From Scenedesmus sp. PABB004 (lineage: Eukaryota): a DNA stretch of 64,000 nt. The DNA lies in NCBI GenBank assembly GCA_014905635.1, contig JABVCE010000020.1, positions 496,001 to 560,000 on the forward strand. Direction: 5' to 3'. Of this stretch, positions 34,601 through 51,861 are shown one piece after another. The notes under the pieces were generated by a model. That model searched no databases, had not been told where the DNA came from, and was given only the letters and a program-made list of their open reading frames with translations. Each line of letters opens with the position of its first letter. Position 1 is the first letter of the stretch. Both the position numbers and the translations under genes were made by a program.

Positions 34601-37600
34601 TGCCCCGCAGCTGCGCGCGCGGGCGGGCCCCGCCCGGCGCGAGGCGCGGGGGAGCGCGCACGCCGTCGCCGTCGCCGCCGCCCACGCGCCGCGGCGCGGT
34701 CGACCTCGGCAGGTCGCCGCGACGTACCGGCAGCGCTACGAGGCGGAGCAGGCGGCGCTGCAGGCGGAGACGGAGCGCCTGAAGCAGGTGCGCCGAGCGC
34801 CACGTCTCGGCGCGCCGGCCGGCGGCTGCGGCGCCGCCGCTCGCGCGCGCGGGCGGCCGACCCGCCGCCGCGCGCGGCCGACCCGCCGCCAACGTGCCGC
34901 CGACCCGCCGCCGACCCGCCGCCGACCCACGCCGCGCCGCGCCGCGCCGCGCAGCTGTGCAGCCGGCTGACGGAGGAGATCCAACGCTACAAGGCCTCGC
35001 ACCCGCCGGCGGGCGGCCCGGCGCACCGCGCGAGCCCCGCGCGCGCGCCCGGCGGCGCCGCGAACGACGCCGCGGGCGCGGGCGGCGCGCCCGGCGACGC
35101 GGCCGCGCTGCGCGGCGAGCTCGAGGCCGCGCGCGGCGCGCTCGGGGAGCTGCAGGCGCAGCTCGACTCGACGCACGCGGACGCGAACAACACGATCGGC
35201 CTGCTGCGCCAGCAGCTCGCCGAGGCGCGCGGCGCGACGGCGGGCGCGCGCGGCGAGCTGGCCGAGGCGCGCGCAGGGCTCATGGTCGAGCGCGCGCAGC
35301 TGGCCAACCTGCAGCAGCGCATGGCGGACATGCAGGTGTGTCGCGCGGCCGCGCGCCGCCGCCGCCGCCGCCGCCGTCACGGCCGCTGACGCCGCACGCG
35401 CTGCCGCCGCCTCGCCGGCGCGCAGGCGCACGAGCAGCACCTGGTGGAGATGAAGGAGCGACTGGAGGGCTCCAACAACCGGCTGCGCGAGGAGCTGGAC
35501 AAGGTGGGCCGTCGCTCGCCCGCCTCGCGCAGCGATGAGCCAGGCCGCCGGCGCTGGCGGCGCGCGGCCCGGCCGCGCCTCGGTGCCCCTCCGCGTCCAA
35601 CCGCCGCCGCCGCCCGGCCGCGCGCGAGCGCAGGCAAACGACAAGCTGCGCGCGGCGCAGCAGGACCACGAGGTGGCGCTGCGGCAGCACCTCGTGACGA
35701 CGACGACCGTGCAGCTGCTCGAGGCGGCGCGCGGCGAGGCCGAGGCGGAGCTGCGCAAGGCGCAGGTGCGGCGCGCGGCCGGCCGCTGAGGGGCCGCGTG
35801 CACGGGCCGGGGGCGCGGCCGCGGTCGCCGCCGCGGCTCACCGCCGCCATGGCCGCCCGGCACGCAGGAGGCGCGCACCGCGGCGGTGGCAGACCTGGCG
35901 GCTAAGGAAGCGGTCGCCGCAGAGCGCGTCCGCGCGAGCGACGCGGCGCTCGCGGCGCTGCAGGTGCGGGCGGCGGCGCCCGGCGGCGGGTTGGCGCGCC
36001 GCGGCCTGGGCACGCGCAGGGCGCGCGAACACACACAGGCACACGGCAGGTTGTTTCACACCGCCGCCGTCGCCGCCGCCGCCGCCGCCGCACAGGGCAC
36101 GATGTCGGGGCTGCAGGAGTCGCTGGCGCGGGAGCAGGCGGCGCTGCGCGATGCGGTGGCCAGCCGGGCGAGCCTCGAGGCCATGCTGACGGAGCAGCAG
36201 GCGGCCACCAAGGAGGCGGCGGGTGGGTTGCGGCTGACGGCGCCCCGCTGCCGCGAGACCGGCGCTTGCCGCGCCGGCGTGAGCCCGTGCGCCCGCGCCT
36301 GAGCGCCCCCGCCCGTCCGCGCCGGCAGGCCGGGCCGAGGCGGCCGAGCGCGCGCGCGCCGAGGCGGCCGCGGCGCTGGAGGCCGCGCGCAAGGCGCTGG
36401 CCGAGGCGCAGGCCGAGACGCGCGCCGCGCAGGCGACGCTGCGGCAGGAGCGCGAGGCGACGGTGCGTGCCGCCGGGCTCGGGCGCGCCCGGCGCGAGCG
36501 CGGCGCCGCGCCGCGCTTCGCCGCCGGCCCGCGAGACGACCCCGCCCCCTGGTGGCTGCCGCCGCGCAGGCCGCGCGCGCCGCCGCGGCGCCCGCGGGCA
36601 CGCGGGAGCACGAGGAGGCGCTGAAGCGCCTCGAGGACCGCCTGGCCGAGCGCGAGGCCTATGCGCGCGAGCTGGAGCAGCGCTGCGCCGACAGCGACCG
36701 CCACAAGGCCACGCTGCGCGAGGCGGTGGAGGAGCAGACCAACGCGCGCACGCAGCTCGCGCAGGAGCTCGCGGAGGTGCAGGCGGAGCAGTCGAGCTGG
36801 GAGTCGCGGCTCGCGGAGCTGCAAGGCCGCGTCAAGGAGCAGGAGGCGGCGCTTGCGGCGGCCATCGCGGTGCGCCGCCGCGCCGCGGCCCGGCCCGATC
36901 GCGTGCCGCGGCCGCCCCGCGGCCGCGCTGACGCGCCGCGCTGCGCCGCGCCGCGCGCGCAGGAGCGCACGCAGCTGGCGTCGGCGCTCGAGGAGGCGCG
37001 CGGCAGCGCCGCCGTGCAGGTCGCGTCGCTGCAGGCGGCGGCGCAGGCGGCGGCGACGCAGGCGGCGGCGCTGCAGGCGCAGGTGCGGGCGCCGCGCGGG
37101 GAGCTGGCCGGCAGGGGCCACCCGCCGGCGGGACCTCAGCCCGCACACGAGCCCACGCCGCTCACCCGCTGCCTTGCCGGCGGCCGTGCCTCGCCGCGCA
37201 GCTCTCGTCGGCGCAGGCGGACCACAAGCAGCTGCGGGACCAGTACTCGCAGGAGATGCTGGCGCACAACGCCGACCTGGCGCACCTGGAGGAGGCAGAG
37301 AAGCGCGCCGCCGCGCTGCAGAGCGCGCTCAACACGGCGCAGGTGCGGCGCCGACGCCGGCGGCGGGGGCGCGGGCCGCCGGTGAGATCGTGGGCCGGCG
37401 CGTTGAGCCGCCTGCCGGCGCGCGCGCCGCCGCCGCCGCCGGCGCAGGAGGAGAAGGCGGCCGCGCTCACGGCGCAGCAGGCCGCCACGGCCGAGGCGAC
37501 GGCGAGCGTGAGCGCCGCGGCGGCGGCGCGCAGCGAGGCCGAGGCGCGCGTGCAGGCGCTGCAGCGCCAGCTGGACGGCATGGTCGCGCAGCTGCGCGAC

Positions 37601-40600
37601 CTCGCGGAGGGCGGCGGCCAGCCGCTCAGCGAGGACAGTGAGTCGCGGCGGCGGCGGCGGCGGCTGCGGCGGCGCCGGCGCTGCGCCCTCCCGCCCGCAC
37701 CCCGCGCCCTCTCGCTCGCAACCCTCGCCCGCACACCACTCACCCGCCGCGCGCTGCACCCGCCGCCGCGCAGGCTCACGCGTGCTCGGCCTGCTGGAGG
37801 AGGCCACGCAGCGCTGCCACGCGGCGGAGCGCATGCGCCAGGACGCGCAGCAGGAGGCGGCGACCGCGCAGCGCCTGCTCGACCTGCAGGCGAAACAGCT
37901 GGCGGCGCTGAACCAGACCAACGCCGACCTGCACCGCGAGGCGCAGGCGCTCCGGCGCGACAGCGGCGAGGCGGTGCGCGCCCGCGAGCACGCGCGCCCG
38001 CCCGCGCGGCGCCTGCGGCCCCGCTCACGCTGCTGCTCACGCCTCTCTCGCGCCGCCGCGCCCGCTGCCGCCTCCAGATCAAGGAGCTCGAGTCGCTGCG
38101 CACCAGCCTGGTCACGCAGGAGTCGGCCAACGTGCTCCTCGTGAAGAAAGAGGCCGCCGCGGTGCGCCGTGCCGAGGCGGCGGTCGCCGAGGCGCAGCGC
38201 CTGCGCGACAAGGTCGCGCCGCTCAACGCCAAGATCAGGTGCGGCGCGGGACGGGACAGGGAGGGGAGTGGCAGGGGTGCGATGATGGCGGGGGCGCGGC
38301 GCCGGCAGGCAGGGTGCGGGGCCGCAGCAGGGCGCGGCACCGCGCGCGTGCGACAGGATTTGACGCCGCCGCTCGCGCCGCCGCGCTCGCGCCGCCGCGC
38401 GCACACGCAGCGAGCTCGAGGCGGGCCTGCTGCACGCGCGGAGCGAGCTCGAGCTCACGCGGCGGCAGAGCGAGCAGTGGGAGCGCCAGGCCACGCACCT
38501 CACGCGCAAGCACCAGGCCGTGGACAAGGCGGTGCACGAGCAGCTCCAGGCCGACAATGCGGCCGCGCTGCAGCAGCTCGCCGCGGCGCAGGCCGACGCG
38601 GCCGCGAAGCAGGCCGCGCTCGACGGCGCGGCCGCGGCGCTCGCGGGCGCGCAGGCGCAGGCCGCCGCGGCGGCGCGCGGCGCGGCGAAGCAGGCCGCCG
38701 GCCTCAAGCAGGCGCTCGCTGAGGCCCAGGCCAAGGCGGCGGCGGCGGCCGAGGCGCTGTCTGCGCTCGAGGCCAAGCACGCTGCGCTTGAGGCCAAGCA
38801 CAAGGACCTGGGGGACAAGAACACCAAGAACGTCAACATCGGCCGCAAGCTCATGGCCGAGCGCAAGGCGCTGCAGGAGCAGGCGCGCCGCGGCGCCGGG
38901 CGGCGGGCGCGGCGCGGGGCCGGCCGGGAGCGCGGGCGGGCGGAAGCGAGCGAGCGCCCGCGCCTGACCGCCGCTCCCCGCCCGCGGCGGCGTGCCGCGC
39001 AGGTGGCCGCCCTTGAGAAGGAGAAGGGCGAGCTGGCGGCGCAGATTGAGGCGGCCACGAGCGCGGCGAGCGCCAACACCAGCGCCGGCACCAAGGCGGC
39101 GCAGATCGCGGCCAAGCTGCGGAAGGACCTCGAGGCCGCCAAGAAGGTCAGTGCGCGGCGGCCGTGTGACGGACGCGCTGCGGCCGGCGCCGGCGCTCCG
39201 CAGCGCCGCGCTGCGCCGCGCGGGGAGCGCCGCTCGCCGAGCTGCGCGCCCGCGCCGTGCCGCGCCGCAGGAGCTCACGGAGGCCAAGGCGGCCAAGGAG
39301 GCGGCCGAAAAGGCGGCCGCGGCGCGCGGCGCGGCGGCCAAGGCGGTCGCCGAGGGCAAGGCGCGCGAGGAGGTGGCGCAGAAGCAGCTGGGCGAGCTCA
39401 AGGCGCTCATGGCGGCCGCGGCGACGCGCGAGGAGGGGCTGCGAAAGCAGGCGGGCGTGCTGCGGCAGCAGCTTGTCGCGCAGCAGGCCCGGGTCAAGGA
39501 ACTGGGCGCTGAGCTCACGGCGGCGCGGGGCCAGCTCGCCGAGGCGCAGTCGCTGCTCGCCGCTGCGCGCGCGGGCAGCGCGCTCGCGGCGCCGGCGGCC
39601 GCCGGGGGCGCGGCCGCGGCGGCGCCGGCAGCAGCAGCGGGGCAGCCGCCCGCCGCGGCCGCCAGGCTGCGGCCGGGCGCGCCGGAGTTCAGCCCGCGCG
39701 CCGCGGCGCCGAGCGGCGGCGAGAAGCCGCCGGCCGCCAAGCGCAAGATGCAGGCCGAGGGCGGTGGCGCGCCGCCCGCACAGCCCGCAGCAGCTCCTGG
39801 GGAGCAGCCGCCGGCAGCGGTCGTGGGCGCCGCGGCCGCCTCGCCGGCCGCGCCACCGCCGGCGGCCAAGCGTGCGCGCGTGCAGGCGCCGCCCGCGGCG
39901 GCCGCGGCGGCCGCAGAGCCGGAGACGGCGGCGGAGGCGGAGGCGGAGGTGGGCGAGGAGCAGCAGCAGCCGGCGGAGGCGGCGCCCGGCGCGGAGGGCA
40001 TGGATATCGACGGCGGCGCGGCGGCAGCGCAGGAGGCCGCTGCCGCGGAGCCGGCCGCCGCGGAGCCCGCCGCTGCCGCCGAGGAGCAGCAGCAGCAGCA
40101 GCCCGACGAGGAGCTGGACGAGCAGGAGCCGGCCGAGGAGGAGGAGGCAGCCGCGGAGCCGCCGCAGCAGGAGCAGCAGGAGCAGCAGCCGGCCGAGCCG
40201 GCGGCGGACGCGCCCGGCGCGCCGGCCGCCGCTGCTGGTGCTGCTGCTGCCGGCGGCGAGGAGGCCGGCGGCGAGGAGGAGGAGGATGCGGACCTCACGG
40301 CGCTGCTGGCGGACGACGACGGCGCCGGCCGCGGTGCGTCCGCGCCGCCGGAGCCCGCGGCGCCGGAGCCGGGCGCGCAGGGCGGCGAGGCGCCGCCGCG
40401 CGCCGCCAGCCCCGCCGCCGGCGCCGCCGCCGACGCGGCGGCGGCGGCGGCGGCTGGCGAGGAGGAGGAGCAGCAGGAGGAGGAGGAGGGCGACGAGGAC
40501 ATGCCGTCTGAGGGCGCCGCGGACGAGGATGAGGGGCAGGCAGCGGAGGAGGAGCACGAGGAGGGCGAGGCCGGCGAGGCGGCGGCCGAGCAGCAGCAGC

Positions 40601-41766
40601 CGGGCGCCGCAGAGCCGGACAACGGCGAGGCCGGCGGCGCCGGCGGCGAGGAGGACGAGGAGCAGCAGGCCATGGAGGGTGAGCCCAGCGGCGCGGCAGG
40701 GCTCGCGCTCGCGCCCGCCGCCGCGGGCTGCAGCGCCCCGCCGCCGCGCGGCCTGCTCTGCCTGCCGCGTGATGCTCACGCCGCGCGCCCTGCCGCCGCT
40801 GCAGAGGACGCTGCAGAGGACGGCGGCGAGGAGCCCGGCGAGCTGCCGCCGACGGAGCCCTCGACGCCCGCGCCGGAGCCGGCCGACGGCGGCGGCGACG
40901 CGCCGCAGGCGGGCGAGGGCGAGGAGCAGCCGGGCGAGGGCGGCCTGGAGGTGCAGGACGCCGCCGACGCCGAGGCGGACGCGGATGCGGCCGGCGGCGA
41001 CGCGGCCGGCGGCGACGAGGAGCTCGAGGGCGGCGGCAGCGAGGCGGGAGAGGAGCTGGAGGAGGACGGCGAGCTGGTCGGCGGCGACGCTGAGCAGGCG
41101 GAGCAGCAGCAGGCGGAGCAGCAGCAGCAGCAGCAGCCGCCGGCGGACGCCGGCGGCGACCCGCCCGCCGCGGCCGAGGACGGCGCCGGCGCGCCAGAGG
41201 CGGCCGCCGCCGAGGGCGGCGCGAGCGGTAGCGGCGCGGCGACCGCCGCCGGCGCCGCGCAGCCGGTCGGCGAGGGCGGCGAGGGCGGCGGCGCCGCGCC
41301 GCCTCGGCCCAAGATCAAGGCCCGCAAGCGCCAGGCCTCGCAGCCGGGCACGCCCGCCACGTCCGCGCCAGCCAGCTCGGCGCAGGACGCGGGCGGCGCG
41401 GGCGGCGACGACGGCGCCGGCGGCGAGAGCGCGCCGGGGCAGGGCAAGCCGGGCGGGCGCGTGCGGCACACGCCGATCCAGTTCAAGCTGGCCGCGGGCG
41501 CGCCGCCCGCCGCCGTGGCGGCCGGCACGCCGCCCGCCTCCGCTGCGACGCCGCCGGCAGCGGCGGCGACGCCGCCCGCGGCGGCCGCCGGCGCTGCTGC
41601 ACCCGCGGCGGGCGCGGTCACGCCGGCCGGCGGGCGCGGCGCGTCGCCCACGCGCGCGCCCATGGCGCCCGGCTCGGCGGGCCGGCGCGGCGGCGGGCGC
41701 GCAGGGCCCGGCGCACGGGGCCGCGGCCGCGGCAGGGCGCGCACCCCGCCCGGCCCCTCGGCGTGA
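31662..41766 (+). CDS. NUA: Nucleoprotein TPR / NUA / Mlp1-like nuclear basket coiled-coil protein, about 20 exons
   Basis: Long heptad coiled coil with NUA-like segments ADAARITTDSLLQ, YADMADAFRSEYGSRR, ISEQLITFGDLQALVATNTKL and QYSQEMLAH, then an acidic disordered tail ending in RGRGR. Some exon boundaries are approximate. Confidence 0.8.
32816..32895. repeat. 27-bp tandem repeat x3 in a TPR/NUA intron
   Basis: gagcgccgagtctggKcgtYgagcgcg units at 32816, 32843 and 32870. Confidence 0.9.
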
Positions 41767-41956
41767 TCGGGTGCAGCTGCTGCGGGCGGGGGTCGGCGGG
41801 CTGGCTAGCTAGGGGCTCGGTCGGCGGCCCTGCGACACGGGCCTGGCCGCGCGGCGTCGGCTCAGTGGCAAACAGCTCTTCTTTCGCTCACGCGCCAGCA
41901 GCAGAGAGAGAGACGGGGCGCCCCGGCAGTCCCGCCGGCGGTCCCGCGCGCGTGCG

Positions 41957-43741
41957 TTACAGCTTCGACGGCAGGCCCCCCGGCCGGTCGCCGCCGTCCG
42001 GCTGGTCCAGCGCGCACGTCTGGCGCAGGCAGGCGTCGAAGTCCAGGACCAGCAGCGCCGCCACGCCCCCGTCGTCGCCCTCCGCCTCGTCGTCCGCGTC
42101 GTCCAGGTCGTCCGTATCCCAGCAGCGCGGGTCGCCCCCCGGCCGCGCCGTGCTGCCGCGGGCGCCGGCGTCGTCGCTGCCGCTGCTGCTGCTGTTACTG
42201 CTGCTGCGCCGGCTGCGGCTGCTGCTCCACGCGGCGGTCGCCGCCGCCGCAGCTGCGGCGGCGAGCGCCAGCGGCAGCTCCAGGCCGTCTGGCGAGAGCT
42301 CCACCTGCTGCGCCGCCGACCGCAGCGCCGCAAACGCGCCACTGCCCGCCGCGCGCAGGCCGCGCACGACCTCCACGCCGCCGCCGCCGCCGCATTCGTC
42401 GCCAGCACTGCCGGCCGCCGCGTCCGCCGCCTGCTGCAGCTGCAGCAGGTCGTCGCTGGGCGTGGCCCCCAGGTACAATGCAGCGCTGCAGAGATACACG
42501 CCGGGCCCCGGCGGCTGGTTCAGGAATCCCGACTGCGGCACGGCCAGGCCGCCGCCAGGCTGCTGCGCGCCCGCCGCCGGCGCGTGCCCGCGCTGCTGCT
42601 GCTCCTCTCGCTGCTGCCGCTGCCCGCCCTGCTGCGCGGGCCACGGCGCGGCGGGCCGCTCCAGGCGCAGCGCCGCCACCAGGCGGTATGGGCGCCCGAG
42701 GGACTTGCGGACCGCCTCGATGCGGCACACCGAGAGCATCTCACGGACCTGTGGCGCAGCGGCACGCAGCGCGGCGTGGGCAGCGGCGGCGGCGCGGCGC
42801 CCGCGCGGCGCCACCCCGGCCGCTCGTCCCCCGCGCGCCGCCGCCGCGCCGCGCGGCCCCAACCTTGCTCGACGACACCACACCCACCGCGCCCGGCTCC
42901 GAGGGGCCCACCAGCTCCACGATCGCCACCGGCAGCCCCGCCGCCTCGCACAGCGTGCGCAGCAGCGCGCTGTCGCCCGCGGCCTTGAAGCCAAACCGGT
43001 AGTTCTCGCCCGCCACCACGCCGGCGGCGCGCAGCTCCCCGTGCAGCAGCGCCACGAAGGCCTCGGGGCTCATGGAGCGTATCGCAGCAAAGGGAATGTA
43101 GCGCTGCCGCACCGACACCGGCGCCGCCTGCTGCTCCCGCTGGCCCTGCTGCGGCTGGCTCGGCGGCGGCGCGCCGCTGCGCTCGGCCGCGAGCTGGCGC
43201 GCCCAGAGCTCCAGCACGCGCGGCCGGTCGCACGGCGCGACGAGCGGCCGCCGCGGCGCCCAGCCCAGCACGCCGCCCATGCCGCTGAAGCTCAGCAGCA
43301 CCGGCGCGCCGCCGAGGGCGAGCGCCGCCGCCGCGAGCGCACGGTGGCCCTTGTGCAGCGCGTCAAACTTGCCCAGCGCGATGACCGGGCGCACGGCGGG
43401 GTCAGGGTGGTTCGCGCCTGCGCGTCCGGGCGTTGCGTGAGCGCCCGCCGGCGGCGGGCGGCGCGCGTCGCTGCTGCTGCCGCGCGGCGCGCTGCCCGCC
43501 CCGGCCGCGCACCTGCCAGCGGCGCGCTCCAGTCCACGTCCGTCCGCTCCACCAGCCCGGCCGCGGGCACGGGCGCCCGCTGTGCCTGGCCGGGAGCGGC
43601 GCCGGCAGCAGCGGCGGCCGCGCCCCCGCCGCGCGGCCGCGCCGGCGCCGCTGGGCGCGGCGCCGCGGCCTTCGGGGCCGCATGGACACGCTCCCGCTGC
43701 CGGCTTGCGCTGCCGGAGCTGCTGGCGCCGCCGCGCAGCAT
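41957..43741 (-). CDS. RIBF: FAD synthetase (FMN adenylyltransferase, plant RibF-like), probably plastid-targeted, 3 exons
   Basis: VIALGKFDALHKGH, MSPEAFV, GVVAGENYRFGFKAAGD, VSSSKVR, LGRPYRL, NQPPGPGVY. Confidence 0.92.
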
Positions 43742-43817
43742 CGCTGCTGCCCGCCGGCGGCGGTCGCGCTGCTGCCCGCCGGCGGCGGTCGCGCTGCTGC
43801 CCGCCGACGGCGGTCGC
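43742..43817. repeat. 25-bp tandem repeat x3 directly upstream of the FAD synthetase ATG
   Basis: cgctgctgcccgccgRcggcggtcg repeated three times. Confidence 0.9.
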
Positions 43818-44118
43818 CCCCGTGTGCCGCTCTCGCGTCTTACAGCGGCGCGCGGGTCGGTACTATCAATGGGTGTAGGGTTGGGTTGGTGGGTGCAACA
43901 AACGGCGTGCCGCACGGTGCGGCGCGCCGGTCAAGGTCAAAACCCTCTCGAGTGACGCACGTCGTCTGCCCCCTCGCGCGCCCCCGGCAGCAGCAGCAGC
44001 AGCAGCAGCAGCAGCGCGCGGCTGTCATGCGTTGGGGTTGGATTTCAGCGCCGGCGCGGCCGCGCGCGTCGGCGCCGCGGCGCTCCGCGAAGGCCGCCGC
44101 TGGGCGGCCGAAGCGCGC

Positions 44119-48149
<4,031 letters not shown>

Positions 48150-48835
48150 GGCGGAGGCCGGCGCGGCGAGCAGTGCGAGTTGGTTGAGCAGTCGGCCGGC
48201 GCGCTGAGCGGTGTGTGCGACTGTTGAAGGCGTTCGAGATGCGCGAAAAGACGCAGCGGCCTCCCGCAGCGGGCGGGGCCCAGGTCCGCGGGCGCGGCGC
48301 TGGCGCGGCGCAGGGCGCTTTTGCTGCTTCCGGCCGGCGAGTGAGAGGCGAAGGTGGTGGCACGGCACCCCGAGAGTCGCAAGAGCTCGTCACGCAGCTC
48401 TGCCCTGCGCGTCGGCGGGGCGCCCCGTGACGACCGGCGCGCGCGCGGGGGCGGCTGCGCAGCGCGCGGCGGGCTCGTGACGCCGACGCGCCGGCGGCGG
48501 CGGGGGGCGCGCGCGACAGGGGGACTGGGACGCCCCCTCTCCGCCAGGGGGGCGGCGCCGAGCCAGCCAGCCCGGGCGGCGAGCGCCGCCGCGCCCGCGC
48601 GCGTGTGGCGGCCAGCACCGCCGCCGTCGCTGACGGCGGGCGGCGCCGCGGCTGCGCGAGCGCGCCAGAGCTCGACGACGCGCCCGCACCGCAACACTGA
48701 GCTCGTGAGTCACCAGCACCGAGCTCAGGAGCCGCGTTGCGCGGAGGGTGCCCGAGCGTGGCACTGCCACCTCAGCCGCGAGCTTTGGGGCCACCGCGAG
48801 CTCGCGCAGCCTCCGAGCAGCGGCCGGGAGCGATC

Positions 48836-50264
48836 ATGCTGACGATGCCCCTGCGGGCGGGGCTCGGGCCGCGCGAATTCGCGGTGAGCAGGGCGGCCGC
48901 GGCCGAGCGCTATCTGCGGCCGGGCGCGGCGCCGCGCAGCCCGCCCAGGCCGGTCACCAGCTCCCTGAGAGCGCCTCAGAGCTCTGCCAGGCGCGCCGCG
49001 CCCAGGCGTGCCGCGCCCACGCCGCCCGCCCGCCCGCCCGCCGACCTGGCGGCCGCAGCCCGCGCTGCGCCTCTCGCCGGCGGCGCGGCGGCGCGCCTCC
49101 CACCGGCGCGGCGCCTTCCGGAGCCCCGACGACCTGCCGCCCGCGACCACGCCCGAGGAGCGCACGCTGCAGTCGCTCGTGGAGACGGGCGTGCGGTGCG
49201 TGCTGTCAGGCCCCGCGCGCGCAGCGCGCCGCGCAGCGCAGCGCCGCCCGCGCAGCGCCGTCCGCGCGGCTCACGCCGCCGGCCCCGCGCCCGCGGCGCG
49301 CGGCACCAACTTCCAACAGGGGCAGCATCGCGATGGCCGCGGCGTACGCGCTGCACCTGAGCATCTTCTCGCACGTGCGCCTTGACGCCGGCGACGCGCT
49401 GCTCGGCCTGCAGGCCGCCGCGCCGGCGCTCGCGATGGAGGCCGCGCTGCTCGCCGCAGCGGCGGCCCTGCCGCCGGCCGCGGCGGCGGCGGAGGCGGTC
49501 GAGGGTGTGTACCTTCACACGCTGCGCTACAGCCTGCTCGGCGCCGCACCGCGCGGCACGCGCCTGCTGCTCGAGGCGGCCGCGCAGCTCAGCGACGACC
49601 TGCTAGCGCGCGGCGTGCTGCTCGGCTGCAGCGCGGCGTGGCTGAGCTCGCGGTGCGCGGCTGGGCGCGCGCCGCGTGCGCGAGCGCGGACGGGTGGGCG
49701 GGGCGGGGGCGCGCGCGCGCGGCGCAGCGGGAGCCGCGCGGCTGACCTTGGCCCCACCCGCCTGCCCGCCCGCGCAGGCTGATGGAGGCGGGGCTGTGCG
49801 GTGAGCCGGGCCCCGGCGCGGCCCTGCTCTCGAGCTCCGCGCCCGCCGCGCTGTGCGGCAGCGGCGGCTCCGTCGCCGCGGCGGTCGGCCTGTGTGCGAT
49901 GATGGCGGCGCGCTACAGCGCGCACGCCGCGCGCAGCGCGGCCAGCCTGTCGGGCGCGGCCGAGGCGGCGGCGGCCGACGCGGCCGCGCGCGCGGCGCTC
50001 CTGCGCTACGAGCCGCGCGCGGTGCAGGACGCCGCCGCGGCCGCCGCGCCCGCCGCGCCTGCGCCCGGCGGCGGCGCGGCGCGCGAGCAGCTCGTGTCGC
50101 GGCTGCTGCACGGCTGGCTCGGCGCCCGCTTCATCGTGGGCCAGGCGGGCATGTTTGGTGCCTACATTGCCACGGACAACCTGCTCGCGAGCTTCGTTGC
50201 CGGCCTCACGATGCAGGCGGCCGCCAACGCCGCGTGCGAGGCGCACCTCGCGCGGCGCGCGTGA
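48836..50264 (+). CDS. Hypothetical organelle-targeted membrane protein, degenerate CPBP/CAAX-protease-like, 3 exons
   Basis: Arg/Ala/Pro-rich presequence, hydrophobic segments, SDDLLARG resembling EExxxRG, and YIATDNLLASFV resembling the TGNL motif. GT-AG introns present. Confidence 0.5.
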
Positions 50265-50641
50265 CGCGCGCGACGCGCGCGCCGTGGCGGCGCCCGGCCC
50301 GGCGCGGCAGCAGGGGCCCCGCGGGCCGCCCGCCGGGGGCGCTGTCGGCGAGCTAGCTATAGCTGTACATCACCTAGCGCGGGCCGGCGGCGCATTGCCG
50401 CCGGCGGGGACGGTCGACGCGGGGCGTAGCGGCGGGGGGCGGCTCGTCGGAGGGCCGCTGCGGCGCAGCGCATTCGCTGCGCTGGCGGAGCGGCGGACGG
50501 CCCATGCATGATGGCGGGCGGCGCACGAGCGATTGATTCACGTAGGCCGCGGGCGGCTGGCGCTGGGTGGGCCTGAGAGCCGACTATAGGCAGCGGCGGA
50601 GGCGTAACACCGGGCGCCGGGCCCGCCCGCCCGCACGCGTG

Positions 50642-51338
50642 TCACGCCTGCTTCGCCGCGCCGTCCGCCGCCGCGTCGGGTCCGCCGCCCGGCAGCACGA
50701 GCTCGTGGAGCTCGAAGCGCTTGAGGCACTGCGGCGCAATGGCGGAGAAGACCGCCGTCGCCGCGTCGGCGTCGTCGTAGCCGGCCGCCGACGCCGGCGC
50801 GCCCGCGGCGGCGAGCTCGGCCATCGTGCCCTCGCTGTGCTTCGTCTCGCGGATGACCACCGCCGGCTGCGCGTCCAGCCTGCGCGGCGGCGGCAGCGCG
50901 TTGGGGCGCACTGGGGCGCGGTTTTGCCGGCCGCGGCAGCCGCAGCCGCCGGCCGGACCTGCTGAAGTATCTGACCTCGCGCAGCCGCACGACGCAGCCG
51001 TCGACGCGCAGCCAGAAGCGCAGCAGCACCAGCCAGCACCGCGGCATCACGCGCACCTGCGCGGGCGCGCGGCGCAGCGGTGGCGCGTGGGCCGCCGGCG
51101 GCGGCGGCGCGCGACGCGTGCGGCGCCGTGCGGCGCGTGCGGCGGCTCCGGCGAGGCGCGCGCTGCTGCTGCACCTTGACCGTGAGCTGGCACACGCCGT
51201 TGTCATCAAGCTCACTCTCATACAGGGGCACCTCGGCATAGAAGAGTATCGGCTCGTCCTTGCTCATCAGCATGCGCCGGTCGATCTGCCGCTCGCTCGG
51301 CTGCCACGCCGGCAGCGGCCGCTGCTGCGACTGCTGCG

Positions 51339-51373
<35 letters not shown>

Positions 51374-51861
51374 GGCTGCTCCGCAGCCGCCGCGCCCGCG
51401 CCGCCGTCCGCGCCCGCGGCCCCGCCCTCACCGCCGCCAGGGCCGGGGCCGGGGCCGCCGAGCAGCGGCGGGCTCCACTCCAGGGTGCCGGCGTAGCTGG
51501 TGGTGTAGGTCCAGTCGTACTCGAGCACGGCGGCCTGCTGCTTGGCAATCTCCTCCACGCGCGCGGCCTGCCACTCGCGGGCCATGCTGACCTTGAGCGG
51601 CGGCAGGTCGTCGGCGCGCCACGCGCGCAACGCGTCGCCCGCGTCGAAGCGCAGCGACAGGCCGCTGCCGTCGTGGCGCAGCGCGAGGCCGCTGTTGCCG
51701 AAGACCATCTCCGGGAGCGTGAGCACGCCGCCGAGCGCGCCGGACAGCGCGTCGAGCTGCGCGCTGCCAATGATCGGCGCGGTGCGCGCGCGCACGCTCC
51801 AGCCGCGCACGGCGCAGGACTCCTCGTGCACGCGGCTCGCGCGCGCGAGCGGCGGCTCCAT
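50642..51861 (-). CDS. TIPRL: TIP41-like protein (PP2A regulator), 3 exons
   Basis: LPEMVFGN, YDWTYTTSYAGT, EPILFYAEVPLYESELDDNG, VKVRVMP, LLRFWLRVDG. Confidence 0.95.

Noticed and set aside
41763..43955. 730-aa plus-strand ORF and many other long overlapping ORFs
   Set aside because: Antisense or off-frame shadows of real genes; stop codons are scarce at this GC content.
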